A DNA stretch of 64,000 bases from Dehalococcoidia bacterium (GCA_965219205.1 CBDCMQ010000003.1:448819-512818), one strand, 5' to 3'. Shown: positions 48,998 to 57,965, numbered from the stretch's first letter. The notes: generated by a model from the letters alone, not told the origin. Numbers and translations: made by a program.

Positions 48998-49028
48998 TCC
49001 CAGAGGGAGCGCAGGAAGGCAGGGAGGA
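48998..49028 (+). repeat. 31-bp perfect match to the 5' region of the IS481 transposase gene (inverted relative to 21916-21946)
   Basis: TCCCAGAGGGAGCGCAGGAAGGCAGGGAGGA is the exact reverse complement of 21916-21946. Confidence 0.95.
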
Positions 49029-49041
49029 CCCTTCACGACAA

Positions 49042-49057
49042 ACGCATATATATGCGT
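49042..49057. promoter_or_regulatory. Perfect 16-bp palindrome ACGCATATATATGCGT, a candidate PadR operator or -10 region
   Basis: The sequence is self-complementary and ends 11 nt upstream of the PadR ATG (49069). Confidence 0.35.
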
Positions 49058-49068
49058 ATAGTTCTTGC

Positions 49069-49428
49069 ATGCGTCGCAAGGCAGGAACGCTCCTCCCGAT
49101 AGAAGTATCGATCCTCGGCGCCGGCCTAGAGCTTTTTCATCGTGGCCAGTTCGAGTTCCACGGCTATGCCATTGCCAAGGAAATCCGTGAGCGAGAGGCG
49201 GCTCGCCGTCTGGCTGCCCAAGGGACGCTGTATCGAGCCCTCGACCGGGTAGAGGGGCTCGGCCTGCTCGAAAGCAGGCTTGAAGAACCCGACCTGGCGG
49301 CCGCGGAGAAGAGGCCGCGGCGGCGTCTCTACATGGTTACGGCATTGGGCGAACAAGCCCACTCTGCAGCGCGTCTTTTGCAGCCCACACAGGGCCGCCC
49401 GGTTCGCCCAGGCGAGGCGCCGGCGTGA
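49069..49428 (+). CDS. PadR family transcriptional regulator
   Basis: The winged-helix pattern is FHGYAIAKEI...GTLYRALDRVEGLGLLES...RRRLYMVTALG. The start is placed at MRRKAG. Confidence 0.85.
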   Translation: MRRKAGTLLPIEVSILGAGLELFHRGQFEFHGYAIAKEIREREAARRLAAQGTLYRALDRVEGLGLLESRLEEPDLAAAEKRPRRRLYMVTALGEQAHSAARLLQPTQGRPVRPGEAPA

Positions 49429-49757
49429 GCTCGCTCTTTCGCTCTTCGATACCAGGAATCGCTGCATGGCTGGTTCTCTGGTGGGTCCGAATCTACACAA
49501 TCGGTCTTTCAAGCGTGAGCCGCGAGCGCCGCGCCGGGCAAATACACTCTGACCTCTGGGACCACTATACAGACAGAGCTGAAGACGGAACGAATCCGGC
49601 CCTGATAGGGCTCGCAGCACTAGCTCGCGCTGCACGTGGCGCGGCGGCCGACCTGGTCTGGCGTCGGGAGCAAAAAGGACCGGTGAAAGCTCCCGCCGAA
49701 GATGTCGGGAGCAAGCTAGAAAGGACGATTAAGGTGGCTACGATGACGGTTCAATAA
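49425..49757 (+). CDS. Small membrane protein of the PadR operon
   Basis: A GTGA overlap links it to the padR stop. One N-terminal hydrophobic helix is present (IPGIAAWLVLWWVRIYTIGL). Confidence 0.45.
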   Translation: MSSLFRSSIPGIAAWLVLWWVRIYTIGLSSVSRERRAGQIHSDLWDHYTDRAEDGTNPALIGLAALARAARGAAADLVWRREQKGPVKAPAEDVGSKLERTIKVATMTVQ

Positions 49758-50105
49758 GTGATGCTAGGCCTTGTCGTGCTCCTCGCGGTCTACCAACTCG
49801 TAGTACTTGTAGCGGGTACGGCTGCCGGCGTCGGGCTGATTAGCGTCAACGAAATTCCCGGGCGAAATAGTGCAGCTGAACTCTCGTTCGCCTTCATCAG
49901 CGGAGTCGGTCTCGCGCTCATCGGTGCTGGTCTCTGGCAGCGGGCGCCGGCACCCGAGCGCGCAGGCATACTTATCGCGATAGGCGTTGTGCCGAGCATC
50001 GTCATGTTCTGGATGATCGTGCCGCCGATAGTCGCATTGGTCGTGGCTATTTACTCCTTGGTAAACGGAAGCACGCAACAGCGCAAGCTGGCGGCGGGCA
50101 CCTAA
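49758..50105 (+). CDS. Small integral membrane protein (3-4 helices)
   Basis: The 115-aa ORF is hydrophobic throughout and directly abuts the upstream ORF. Confidence 0.5.
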   Translation: MMLGLVVLLAVYQLVVLVAGTAAGVGLISVNEIPGRNSAAELSFAFISGVGLALIGAGLWQRAPAPERAGILIAIGVVPSIVMFWMIVPPIVALVVAIYSLVNGSTQQRKLAAGT

Positions 50106-50160
50106 AAAAACAATACCGTCCTCACGATTCTCCGGTTGGTCAGATAGAGAGCAAGCCGGG

Positions 50161-50295
50161 CCGGCGGATGTCGTCATCTTGAACATTGAGTCACCCGAGC
50201 AGGCGATTGCCGAGATCTCGCAACCACTTGCGATCTTTAAAAACGGCCGGCAGACGGTACGCTGGACCGCGCCGGAGCTGTTGCGGCCGGCCTGA
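50161..50295 (+). pseudogene. Orphan 3' fragment (44 codons plus stop) of a homolog of the 47744-48859 amidohydrolase
   Basis: It translates as PADVVILNIESPEQAIAEISQPLAIFKNGRQTVRWTAPELLRPA*, against NPADVVILNAESPEQAIAEISRPLAIFKDGRQTVRWTAPELLRPSRSA* in the intact gene. Confidence 0.85.
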
Positions 50296-50496
50296 CCTCA
50301 CTGACCCTGCGTGTCTGCGAATGACTAACTTCAAATCCGCCAGCCCCTGATTTTCTGGGCTCGACCTGCGTTCCTGCTCGGACCTGCTTGCGGATTTTGG
50401 CGACCAAGGCTAGGCTACGTGCGATCTTGAACAACTCCCTACCGATGTGCGCGATGTCCTTTTTGGGCAACGCTGCCAGTTGAAAGGAGATTCACA

Positions 50497-51807
50497 GTGA
50501 CTCTCATGGCTCGGAAGTCAGAGGAGTATCTGGAGCTGGTCGACCACAACAAAGGTCTGGTCGACCGCAGCATTTTCAGCGACCGCGACATCTATGAGAT
50601 GGAACTGGAGCGCATCTTCGCACGCTCTTGGAGTTTCATGGCGCACGCCAGCCAGATCCCCAACCCCGGCGACTTCTTCATGACACGCATCGGGGAGGAC
50701 CGGGTGATCGTCGTGCGCGACAACGACGGAAATCCTCAGACATTAGTGAACTCCTGCCGTCATCGCGGCAACGCCATCTGCAGGGCTGAGGAAGGCCACG
50801 CCACCTCCTTCATGTGTACTTACCACGGCTGGACCTATGACCTGAAGGGCGCTCTAGTTGGTGTTCCCGGGTTCAAAGAGGTCTATCACGAGGAGCTCGA
50901 TCGGGAGAACTGGGGCCTGATCAAGGCCCGCACCGAGAGTTACCACGGCTTTATCTTCGCCAACCTGGACCCGGAAGCTCCCGACCTTGACGAGTATCTG
51001 GGCGATATCGGCCGGATCAGCATCGACCAGCTGACCGCACGCGGAAACCTGACATGTGCTCCCGGTATTCAAAAGTGGGTGATCGACTGCAATTGGAAGT
51101 TCGCCGTCGACAACGTCTGGGACTTTTACCACCCCAACATCACACACGCTTCTTCGAGGATGGTCGGCTGGGGAGGGGTCCGGAGCCGGAGTTGGACCGA
51201 CCCGATACTTTGGATGCTTGGCGACTACGGCCATGTTATCGGTGGAACGGCGCTCACCGAGGAGCAATTCGAGCCCGATCACTTTCTGAGGGACAATAGC
51301 TGGCGTAAGCAGGAGGGGGTCCGGGAGAAGCTGACGCCGGCAGGCCAACGCTCTTTTGGTCACCCGCACATCTTCCCCAACCTGTGGATCGGGCCCAGGT
51401 GGGCTCAGGTGGGCCTGGGGATGCTTATGGGCCCAACCAAGACAGAGGTCTGGTGGTTCAGCTTTGTCTACGACTTCCAGGATGAAGAGCAGCGGTCGGA
51501 GATACTGTTGCGCTCGGTGCGTCACAACGGCCCCGGCGGCATGTTCGAGCTTGATGACGGCGAGAACTGGGGTGAGAGCACTCACGGGGCTGCCGGTACT
51601 ATCAGCGGGCGGTTCCCGCTCAACTACTCGATGAACGTCGGCAAAGGCGAAGTGACCTTCGACGAAGCGAGCCCGCCGCATATCGACAGTCTCATCGCGG
51701 AGCACGGGCAGCTATGGTACTACCGCTCCTGGAGCCGCTGGATGGCGGCTGAGAGCTGGGCGGAACTGAAGGCAACTCAGCCCTCCTTTGAAGATGGCTA
51801 CGTCTAA
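50497..51807 (+). CDS. Aromatic ring-hydroxylating dioxygenase alpha subunit (classical Rieske/mononuclear iron type)
   Basis: CRHRGNAIC...CTYHGWTY is present, and DNVWDFYHPNITH supplies the iron ligands. A GTG start follows AAAGGAG. Confidence 0.9.
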   Translation: MTLMARKSEEYLELVDHNKGLVDRSIFSDRDIYEMELERIFARSWSFMAHASQIPNPGDFFMTRIGEDRVIVVRDNDGNPQTLVNSCRHRGNAICRAEEGHATSFMCTYHGWTYDLKGALVGVPGFKEVYHEELDRENWGLIKARTESYHGFIFANLDPEAPDLDEYLGDIGRISIDQLTARGNLTCAPGIQKWVIDCNWKFAVDNVWDFYHPNITHASSRMVGWGGVRSRSWTDPILWMLGDYGHVIGGTALTEEQFEPDHFLRDNSWRKQEGVREKLTPAGQRSFGHPHIFPNLWIGPRWAQVGLGMLMGPTKTEVWWFSFVYDFQDEEQRSEILLRSVRHNGPGGMFELDDGENWGESTHGAAGTISGRFPLNYSMNVGKGEVTFDEASPPHIDSLIAEHGQLWYYRSWSRWMAAESWAELKATQPSFEDGYV

Positions 51808-51831
51808 AGAACTACTAGAAAGGACAACGAG

Positions 51832-52701
51832 ATGACGACAAATATCGACTTCACCGAGGCCAGCACGAGCAAGTTTGCCGATAGCAAGCCTTGGCGCATG
51901 CACTACAACGAGGCTGGCGAGGGTCATCCGATTATCTTTATTCACGGTGGCGGCCCCGGTGCGACGGGTTGGAGCAACTTTAGCCAGAACATGCGCTACC
52001 TCGCCCCGAATTACCGCTGCCTGGCAGTCGATATGCCGGGCTGGGGCGAGTCTGACCCGACACCGCCTGGCACGGCGAACGGTCCGCTGGCTCTCAAGGG
52101 TTTCCTGGATGCGCTTGGCATCGAGAAGGCAGCCTTCGTCGGCAACTCGATGGGCGGCGCCGCGACCCTGGGATTTGCCGTCGAATACCCGGAGCGCATC
52201 TCTCACATCATCGTGATGGGCTCCGCTCCGGTCGGCGGCGTATATACGATGCAGGCCGCCGGCGGAATGAACGAGGGTATGAAGGTACTGGTTGAGACAT
52301 ACGAAAATCCGACGCCGGAGAACTTCGGCCGGCTGATTCGGGTTATGGTCTACGACTCCGCCTTTGCCACGCCTGAACTTCTGGAGGAACGCTCTCGGTC
52401 GGTGCTATCGCGGCCGGAGCATATTCAGAACTCGGCCGAGAATCGCCGCCGTTTAGCAGCGGGTGGCCCGCCGGCACCCACGGGTCCGACCGTGCTCCAG
52501 CGCCTGACCCAGCTCGACCACCCTGCCTTGGTCATTCAGGGCAGGGATGACCGGGCAACGCCGATGGAGGCGAGTCTACAAATCTGCACAGCCCTGAAGA
52601 ACTCGCGCATGCTGATCTTCAATCGCTGTGGCCATTGGGCGCAGCTGGAGCACGCCGACGAGTTCGCCAGGCAGGTGCAGATGTTCTTGGAGAACAACTA
52701 A
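51832..52701 (+). CDS. Alpha/beta hydrolase, meta-cleavage product (C-C bond) hydrolase-like (BphD/TodF type)
   Basis: IIFIHGGGPGATGWSNF, VGNSMGG and CGHWAQLEH are present. Confidence 0.8.
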   Translation: MTTNIDFTEASTSKFADSKPWRMHYNEAGEGHPIIFIHGGGPGATGWSNFSQNMRYLAPNYRCLAVDMPGWGESDPTPPGTANGPLALKGFLDALGIEKAAFVGNSMGGAATLGFAVEYPERISHIIVMGSAPVGGVYTMQAAGGMNEGMKVLVETYENPTPENFGRLIRVMVYDSAFATPELLEERSRSVLSRPEHIQNSAENRRRLAAGGPPAPTGPTVLQRLTQLDHPALVIQGRDDRATPMEASLQICTALKNSRMLIFNRCGHWAQLEHADEFARQVQMFLENN

Positions 52702-52828
52702 GCACAGATTTCGTTCCTTAGCTTCCAAGGGCTTCCGAAGTTTCGGAAGTTCTTGGCAGAGGTTTCGGAAGGCTGCGGCTCTGGGCCGAGAGTCCTGCGG
52801 CTGGTCATTACTACGGCCGTCACGTCGG

Positions 52829-53737
52829 TCAGCCCGTGACCGGCATGTTGGCGGCCGCCCAGACGTCGAAGTTCGTAAACGGCTTTGCGGTGATAGCGTT
52901 GGCGAGGGCGATTTTGCGGGAGGCGTCAGGCCCGAAGTAGGTATGGGCGTTGAAATAGGAGAACATCTCGCGCGTACCGGCGGCCCACGGAGATTGACCG
53001 TCCCAAACCTCAGCTGGCACCTCCTCGAATGCGATGTTGTGACCCTGACGCCGAAGCACGGTGATGACGTCATCCCAGCTAAGCAGGTCTCCCGCGAGGG
53101 ACAGGTGTTAGCCGCCGCCGGCCTGTTCGGGCTGCTCGAACGCGCCCACGACGAGGTAGCCGAGCTCGGTGATGTCTCCCATGTGAATGCCGCGGGAGTC
53201 TCGCCGCATGGGCTGGCGCCAGGTGGGTGTGCCGTCGGGTCCGGCCTGTTTGGGGTACATGGGCGAAACCAGGTTCTGGAAGTAGAAGGGCGGCTCGACG
53301 AAGGTGAAGTAGTCGAAGCCCGCGGCCTCCACGGCGCCGTCAACCTGGGCCTTGTTGGTGAAGTGTGGCACCTGGAAGTTGCCACCGGAGATCTCCGCCA
53401 CATTGGGCAGCGTCGACCAAATGAAATGCGTCACACGCGCTGCCTTTGCCGCGTCGACCATGGCTTTGCCCTGGGCAATCTCGTCAGTGGCGGGTCCGTC
53501 AAACGAGTTGGTATGGGCAAACACGCCATAGACCCCTTCGAGCGCTTGGCGCAAAGTCTCCGGCCGGTCGAAATCGGCTTCAATAACTTCATCGGCGAGC
53601 CCGGCAGCCTTGGACGGGTTGCGAGTCAAGGCGCGCACGATGTAGCCACGACCCTCTTGCAAGGCGCGAACCACTCCTCCCCCCTGCGCACCGGTAGCTC
53701 CTGTTACTGCAATGATTTTCTTGCTTGAATTAGACAT
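52829..53737 (-). pseudogene. NmrA-family NAD(P)-binding protein interrupted by one in-frame TAA
   Basis: The N-terminus is KIIAVTGATGAQGGGVVRAL. The interruption reads ...EQPEQAGGG*HLSLAGDLLSWDDVITVLRRQGHNIAFEEVP, with TAA at 53108-53110. Both ORF pieces are in the same frame. Confidence 0.8.
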
Positions 53738-53795
53738 GTCAGCTCCCTCAGGTTGAAACGCGAGGCCAGAAATAGTCCCGCAGGGAATTACTTTA

Positions 53796-53828
53796 GTCCA
53801 GACGGCTCATCACCGAGCGCGAAGGTCG
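53796..53828. repeat. 33-bp direct repeat, copy upstream of the NmrA-like gene
   Basis: It matches 54743-54775 at 30 of 33 positions. On the minus strand it contains ATGAGCCGTCTGGAC (MSRLD), followed here by TAA. Confidence 0.85.
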
Positions 53829-53974
53829 TTGATGGGATTAACTTCGCCATCACCGACTACTACGACCTGAAGATGCAGCCCGCGCCGAGCGGGCGCTCGG
53901 ACGCAGAGGGCTGCTAATGCGTAGTTCGTGGTTGGCAACGCACACCAATAAGGGCCGAACCGTACCCGAACTAT

Positions 53975-54757
53975 TCAACGGTTCTTCGCGGCACCCCAAC
54001 GGTCCCAATAGGTCACGCTCTCAACAGGCTTGCGGGTGGTGGGTCCGAAGCGCTGACCGTCGGGATAGCCCAGGGGAATAAGGGCCACAGGCTTGGCGTC
54101 CTCAGGTAGCTCGAACAAGGAACGAATGGTGTCCTCGATTGCCATGTTGAGCGTCGTCAACACGGTGCCCAGGCCGATGGCTCGGGCGGAAAGCATCATG
54201 TTTTGCACCGCTCCATAGATCGAGGAGCCGGCGAAAAGGCTGTTTATGTCGTTCGTTGGGGAGCTCGGACTCACAAGACAAGGGATTATAAGCACGGGTG
54301 CCGAAGCGACATCCTCAATAAATGCTAAGGCACCTAGGAGCATGCGCTGCTCCGACGGCTCCAGTTGAGCAGCACCGCGCCTTGTTTCTTCTAGATCGCT
54401 CATGCTGCTACGAACTGCCTGCGCTATCGCCTCGCGTTTTGCGGCGTCCTGCACGATAAGCCAGCCCCATGGCTGAGTGTTAGACCCACTAGGAGCGCGG
54501 ATCGCTGCGTCAATAATCTGCCAGATAGCCTCCTCCGAAACGGCAGCAGCGTTGAAGCGTCTGATGGAGCGTTGGCTGTGAACTACCTCGAAAAAATCCA
54601 GGAGGCTCTCTTCGGGTCGCGGCGATCCGCGAATCCTACCGCTAAGAATCCATACCCGTGAGAAAACAGCATAAACCCAGGGCGTTACTGACGAATGTGA
54701 GCGCCCCCTGCTGGGCAAGTTGCTGACCAACGTCACGACTGGGTCCAGACGGCTCAT
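53975..54757 (-). CDS. Nitroreductase family protein
   Basis: FFEVVHSQRSIRRF...RAPSGSNTQPWGWLIV is present. The annotated ATG lies inside the 33-bp repeat and gives an unusual ~45-aa N-terminal extension, so the start is uncertain. Confidence 0.75.
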   Translation of the reverse strand: MSRLDPVVTLVSNLPSRGRSHSSVTPWVYAVFSRVWILSGRIRGSPRPEESLLDFFEVVHSQRSIRRFNAAAVSEEAIWQIIDAAIRAPSGSNTQPWGWLIVQDAAKREAIAQAVRSSMSDLEETRRGAAQLEPSEQRMLLGALAFIEDVASAPVLIIPCLVSPSSPTNDINSLFAGSSIYGAVQNMMLSARAIGLGTVLTTLNMAIEDTIRSLFELPEDAKPVALIPLGYPDGQRFGPTTRKPVESVTYWDRWGAAKNR

Positions 54758-54775
54758 CGCCGAGCAGGAAGGTCG
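54743..54775. repeat. 33-bp direct repeat, copy at the 5' end of the nitroreductase gene
   Basis: See 53796-53828. Confidence 0.85.
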
Positions 54776-55037
54776 CGATTGGTTGTGAGATCGTCCGCTC
54801 TACTTGCGAGTCAGATGCAGCAAGCCGTCTTGCTGCGCGATCACAGGGTCGTTAGGTCCGCTCGGACCACGAAGACCCATCAAGTTCCTGTTTCGACGGC
54901 CTGTCCATCAGCGCGTTCAAACGATCACCCCAGCAGATCCGCGGGTTATGAGCTCTCGCTTGCCACGGAACGAACTCAGACGGTCCCAGCGGTACCCGGA
55001 CAATTCAGTTGATTGGTGCGGCCCCACAAGCTTCGCT

Positions 55038-56129
55038 TCAGGCTTCGAGCTCACGCAATACGGCGGCGATGGTCGCGCCGGCCTGTTTCGTCCCGCCTTC
55101 GGGCTGAGTGAGGGCACCAATCCGGAGCCGGGAGCTGGCCAAAGCTTCGTCCACCGCTTGCCGGATCAATCGCGCCATCTCAGCTTCACCGAGGTGTTCG
55201 AGCATCAGTGCAGAGGATAGGATCTGGGAGATTGGGTTGGCCCTGTCCTGACCGGCGATGTCGGGCGCCGAGCCGTGGATGGGCTCGAAGTAGGAGTTCT
55301 CGTCGCCGATATTGCCTGAGGGGCAGAGGCCAATGCCGCCAATGGTCCCACCACCGAGGTCCGACAGGATGTCACCGACGAAGTTCTCCATCACCAGAAC
55401 GTCAAAGTTCTGCGGGCGCATCACCAGCGCCTCGGCGGCGGCATCGGCGTAGAGAAACTCGCGCTCGATATCCGGATAGGCTTCGCCAACTTCGTCAAAA
55501 ACGCGCCGGAAGAAGGCGAACGACTCAAGCACGTTGCTTTTGTCGACACACGTCACTCGGTGCTTGCCGTCTGAGGCAGAGCCGTGGCGTCGCCGGGCAA
55601 GCTCGAAGGCGAAGCGCGCCACACGCTCGGTACCCTTTTTTGTAATCATCATCGTGTCGCTCATCGCCTGGTCGGTGCCGACGCCCTTACCACGCGAAAG
55701 GTACAGTCCTTCGGTATTTTCGCGCACGATGACGTAATCGATGCCATTTGGTTCCGCCTTGATTGGCGCCTCTATGCCCGGCAACAGCCGCACCGGCCGA
55801 ACGTTGGCGTAGGTATCTAGGCCGATACGCAGCACACCCCCCAGGAGGCCGGCCTCGGTACCATCCGGCAATCGGACACCGGGCAGGCCAACCGGGGCTT
55901 TCAACGTGGCGTCCGCCTCACGCATTGCCTGGAGGGTCGCGGGTCTCAACTGAGTGCCTTCTTTTTCATAGAGTCCGGCACCGCCAGGGTGATCTTCGAG
56001 TTCGAGATGAACCGCGGTGAACCGTTCCTGAGCAGCGGCCAAAACCGTCAGCGTGGCATCCATTAGCTCGGGGCCAATGCCGTCGCCGCGGATGACGATG
56101 ATTCGAAAACTGCGTTGGTCTGCGCTCAT
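55038..56129 (-). CDS. Isocitrate/isopropylmalate dehydrogenase family protein (tartrate/3-IPM dehydrogenase-like)
   Basis: FRIIVIRGDGIGPELMDA and NFVGDILSDLGGG are present. The start is placed at MSADQRS. Confidence 0.85.
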   Translation of the reverse strand: MSADQRSFRIIVIRGDGIGPELMDATLTVLAAAQERFTAVHLELEDHPGGAGLYEKEGTQLRPATLQAMREADATLKAPVGLPGVRLPDGTEAGLLGGVLRIGLDTYANVRPVRLLPGIEAPIKAEPNGIDYVIVRENTEGLYLSRGKGVGTDQAMSDTMMITKKGTERVARFAFELARRRHGSASDGKHRVTCVDKSNVLESFAFFRRVFDEVGEAYPDIEREFLYADAAAEALVMRPQNFDVLVMENFVGDILSDLGGGTIGGIGLCPSGNIGDENSYFEPIHGSAPDIAGQDRANPISQILSSALMLEHLGEAEMARLIRQAVDEALASSRLRIGALTQPEGGTKQAGATIAAVLRELEA

Positions 56130-56249
56130 AGCGCCGCATTCTACCACCCGGCTCAGGCGAGCAGCCAACCAGAGCCGTTCTGAGGCGCCCTGGCAACCAT
56201 CTGGCAAACCGACTAGATTTAGCGCACAGGAAACTCGTTAAGGAGCATT

Positions 56250-57383
56250 CTAGAAACGCGAGACATGGAACGCGCTGATGTCCTTTGAAGGCTGTCCGCC
56301 TAGCATCATCTCGGCGATGAGTTTGCCGCTCAAGGGGCCCAGCGTGAGGCCCGTGGGGCCGTGCCCGGTCGCAAGGTAGACCCCTGTCCAGCCGGGCAAG
56401 TCGCCCAGAACCGGCATCGTGTCGGCCGTAAGCGGCCGCAATCCGATTCGGGTTTCGAGCACCTCGGCTGGCGCCAGGCCGGGAGCCACCCGCATCGCTT
56501 CGCCAAGGACCTCGTGAACTCCTGATGCGGTTGAGTGGGGGCGGAATCCGGAGCCTGTCTCGCGAGTCGCACCAGCCACGACACGATTATCCGGCCACGG
56601 CACCAGGTAGTGGCCGTGAAAAGCGGTAGTAATCGGCCACGTCGCGGTTTCAGTATCGGCCAAGCCGAGATGAATGATCTGACCGCGCTGTGGCTGAACC
56701 GGAATCTGAACCCCCAGCTGCTCGCCAAACGCCTCTGACCAAGCGCCGCCGGCAATTGCGGTCACGCCCGCCGAGATGGTTTCACCACCGACGACCACGC
56801 CAGTGACTACGCCCTGCTCAAGGATTAATCGATCGGCGCCGGCTTGCCGAACGCTCAGCCCATGTCCTTCTGCCGCCGTTAGAAGGGCACGATTCAACTG
56901 GTTGCCACCAACCCGGGAGGCACGGCGATTAAGGATTGCGCCGTGAACCGGGGCCAGGGCTGGAAAGAGCGACCGCGCTTCGTCAGATGTAATGACGTGC
57001 AGCTCATCCGGCAGCGGCAGGCCCCGGCGTTCCCGACGTGCGAGGATCCTCTGTCGTGCCTCTTCGTACGGCTCAACTTCATCCTCAGAAACCGCGACCA
57101 CGAGTGCCCCACACTGAGCGTAGCCGGTGTCATGCTCCTGTTCCGTTTGTAGCTGAGGAATTAGCGTGGCGTAGTAGTTGGCCGCCTCCACGGCCAAGTT
57201 GAACCAGGCCTCCGGATCTCGCGAATTTGTCTCTGGCGAGAGAATCCCAGCCCCGACAAATGTGGCACGGCCGGCGTCAGCCCGATCGACAAGTAGCGTC
57301 CGGGCACCTCCTCGTACCAAGTGGTAGGCGGTTGACGTGCCGACAACACCACCGCCAATGACGACCGCGTCATAATCAGGCAC
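56250..57383 (-). CDS. FAD-dependent oxidoreductase (DAO / glycine-sarcosine oxidase-like)
   Basis: DYDAVVIGGGVVGTSTAYHL is present. A GTG start at 57383, 5 nt after AAGGAG, is preferred over the ATG at 57461. Confidence 0.8.
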   Translation of the reverse strand: MPDYDAVVIGGGVVGTSTAYHLVRGGARTLLVDRADAGRATFVGAGILSPETNSRDPEAWFNLAVEAANYYATLIPQLQTEQEHDTGYAQCGALVVAVSEDEVEPYEEARQRILARRERRGLPLPDELHVITSDEARSLFPALAPVHGAILNRRASRVGGNQLNRALLTAAEGHGLSVRQAGADRLILEQGVVTGVVVGGETISAGVTAIAGGAWSEAFGEQLGVQIPVQPQRGQIIHLGLADTETATWPITTAFHGHYLVPWPDNRVVAGATRETGSGFRPHSTASGVHEVLGEAMRVAPGLAPAEVLETRIGLRPLTADTMPVLGDLPGWTGVYLATGHGPTGLTLGPLSGKLIAEMMLGGQPSKDISAFHVSRF

Positions 57384-57593
57384 GGCGACTCCTTTCCTCA
57401 GTTCGGCTTGGCGTACTTCGCCGAGTCTGCGAACGGCGCCAGCAAGGTTGCCAGGATGCAATGCTCTTATGCCGAAGTTGAGGTGTCAATTTGTTCTGGG
57501 ACCGGGAGAGGCTTGCCAACTGGTGACGCCGCAGGCCAGAAGAAGCATGCTAGCAAGACATACGGTCCCTCGAAGAAAAAGGAAGGTGCAGAC

Positions 57594-57965
57594 ATGCCCT
57601 CGCCAGATGTGAAAGAGGCTCTCTTGAAAGGCGGTGTTATCGATATCACGAGGTTTGGCCGCCGGTCAGGACAGGCCCGGCGGATCGAGATTGCCTTTCA
57701 CAATCTGGACGGCAGGCTCTACATCAGCGGCTTTCCCCGACCGCAGAAGCGGAAGTGGCTGATGAACCTTGAAGCAAACCCCGAGTTCACCTTTCACCTC
57801 AAAGATGAGGTGGAAGTGGATCTCCGGGCCCTAGCCAGACCGATCACGGAGGCGTCGGAGCGTCACCAGGTGCTAAAGAGAATCGCTCGTGTGTGGCAAC
57901 GAGACGACATCGAGGAGATGGTCCGCTACTCACCCCTCGTCGAAGTAACAATCGAAGACAGCTGA
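57594..57965 (+). CDS. Deazaflavin (F420)-dependent nitroreductase-family protein (DDN/DUF385-like)
   Basis: TRFGRRSGQARRIEIAFHNLDGRLYISG...WLMNLEANPEFTF is present. The start ATG at 57594 follows AAGGAAGG. Confidence 0.7.
   Translation: MPSPDVKEALLKGGVIDITRFGRRSGQARRIEIAFHNLDGRLYISGFPRPQKRKWLMNLEANPEFTFHLKDEVEVDLRALARPITEASERHQVLKRIARVWQRDDIEEMVRYSPLVEVTIEDS

Noticed and set aside
50466-50490. AACGCTGCC upstream of the dioxygenase alpha subunit resembles the core of leader box A.
   Set aside because: It is a 9-mer match only, in a GC-rich genome, with no box B or hairpin nearby. It is probably chance.
52576-53728. Long overlapping ORFs lie on both strands: 52576-53403 on the minus strand (275 aa) and 52628-53728 on the plus strand (366 aa). 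Similar cases include 16263-17171, 7821-8525, 3610-4095 and 6147-6590.
   Set aside because: These are Arg/Pro/Ala-rich low-complexity translations typical of out-of-frame or antisense reading of high-G+C genes. Each overlaps a gene with clear family motifs.
53796-54775. The nitroreductase gene flanked by 33-bp repeats was considered as an integron gene cassette.
   Set aside because: The repeats lack attC-like imperfect inverted-repeat structure and the GTTRRRY core. No integron integrase is present in the window.
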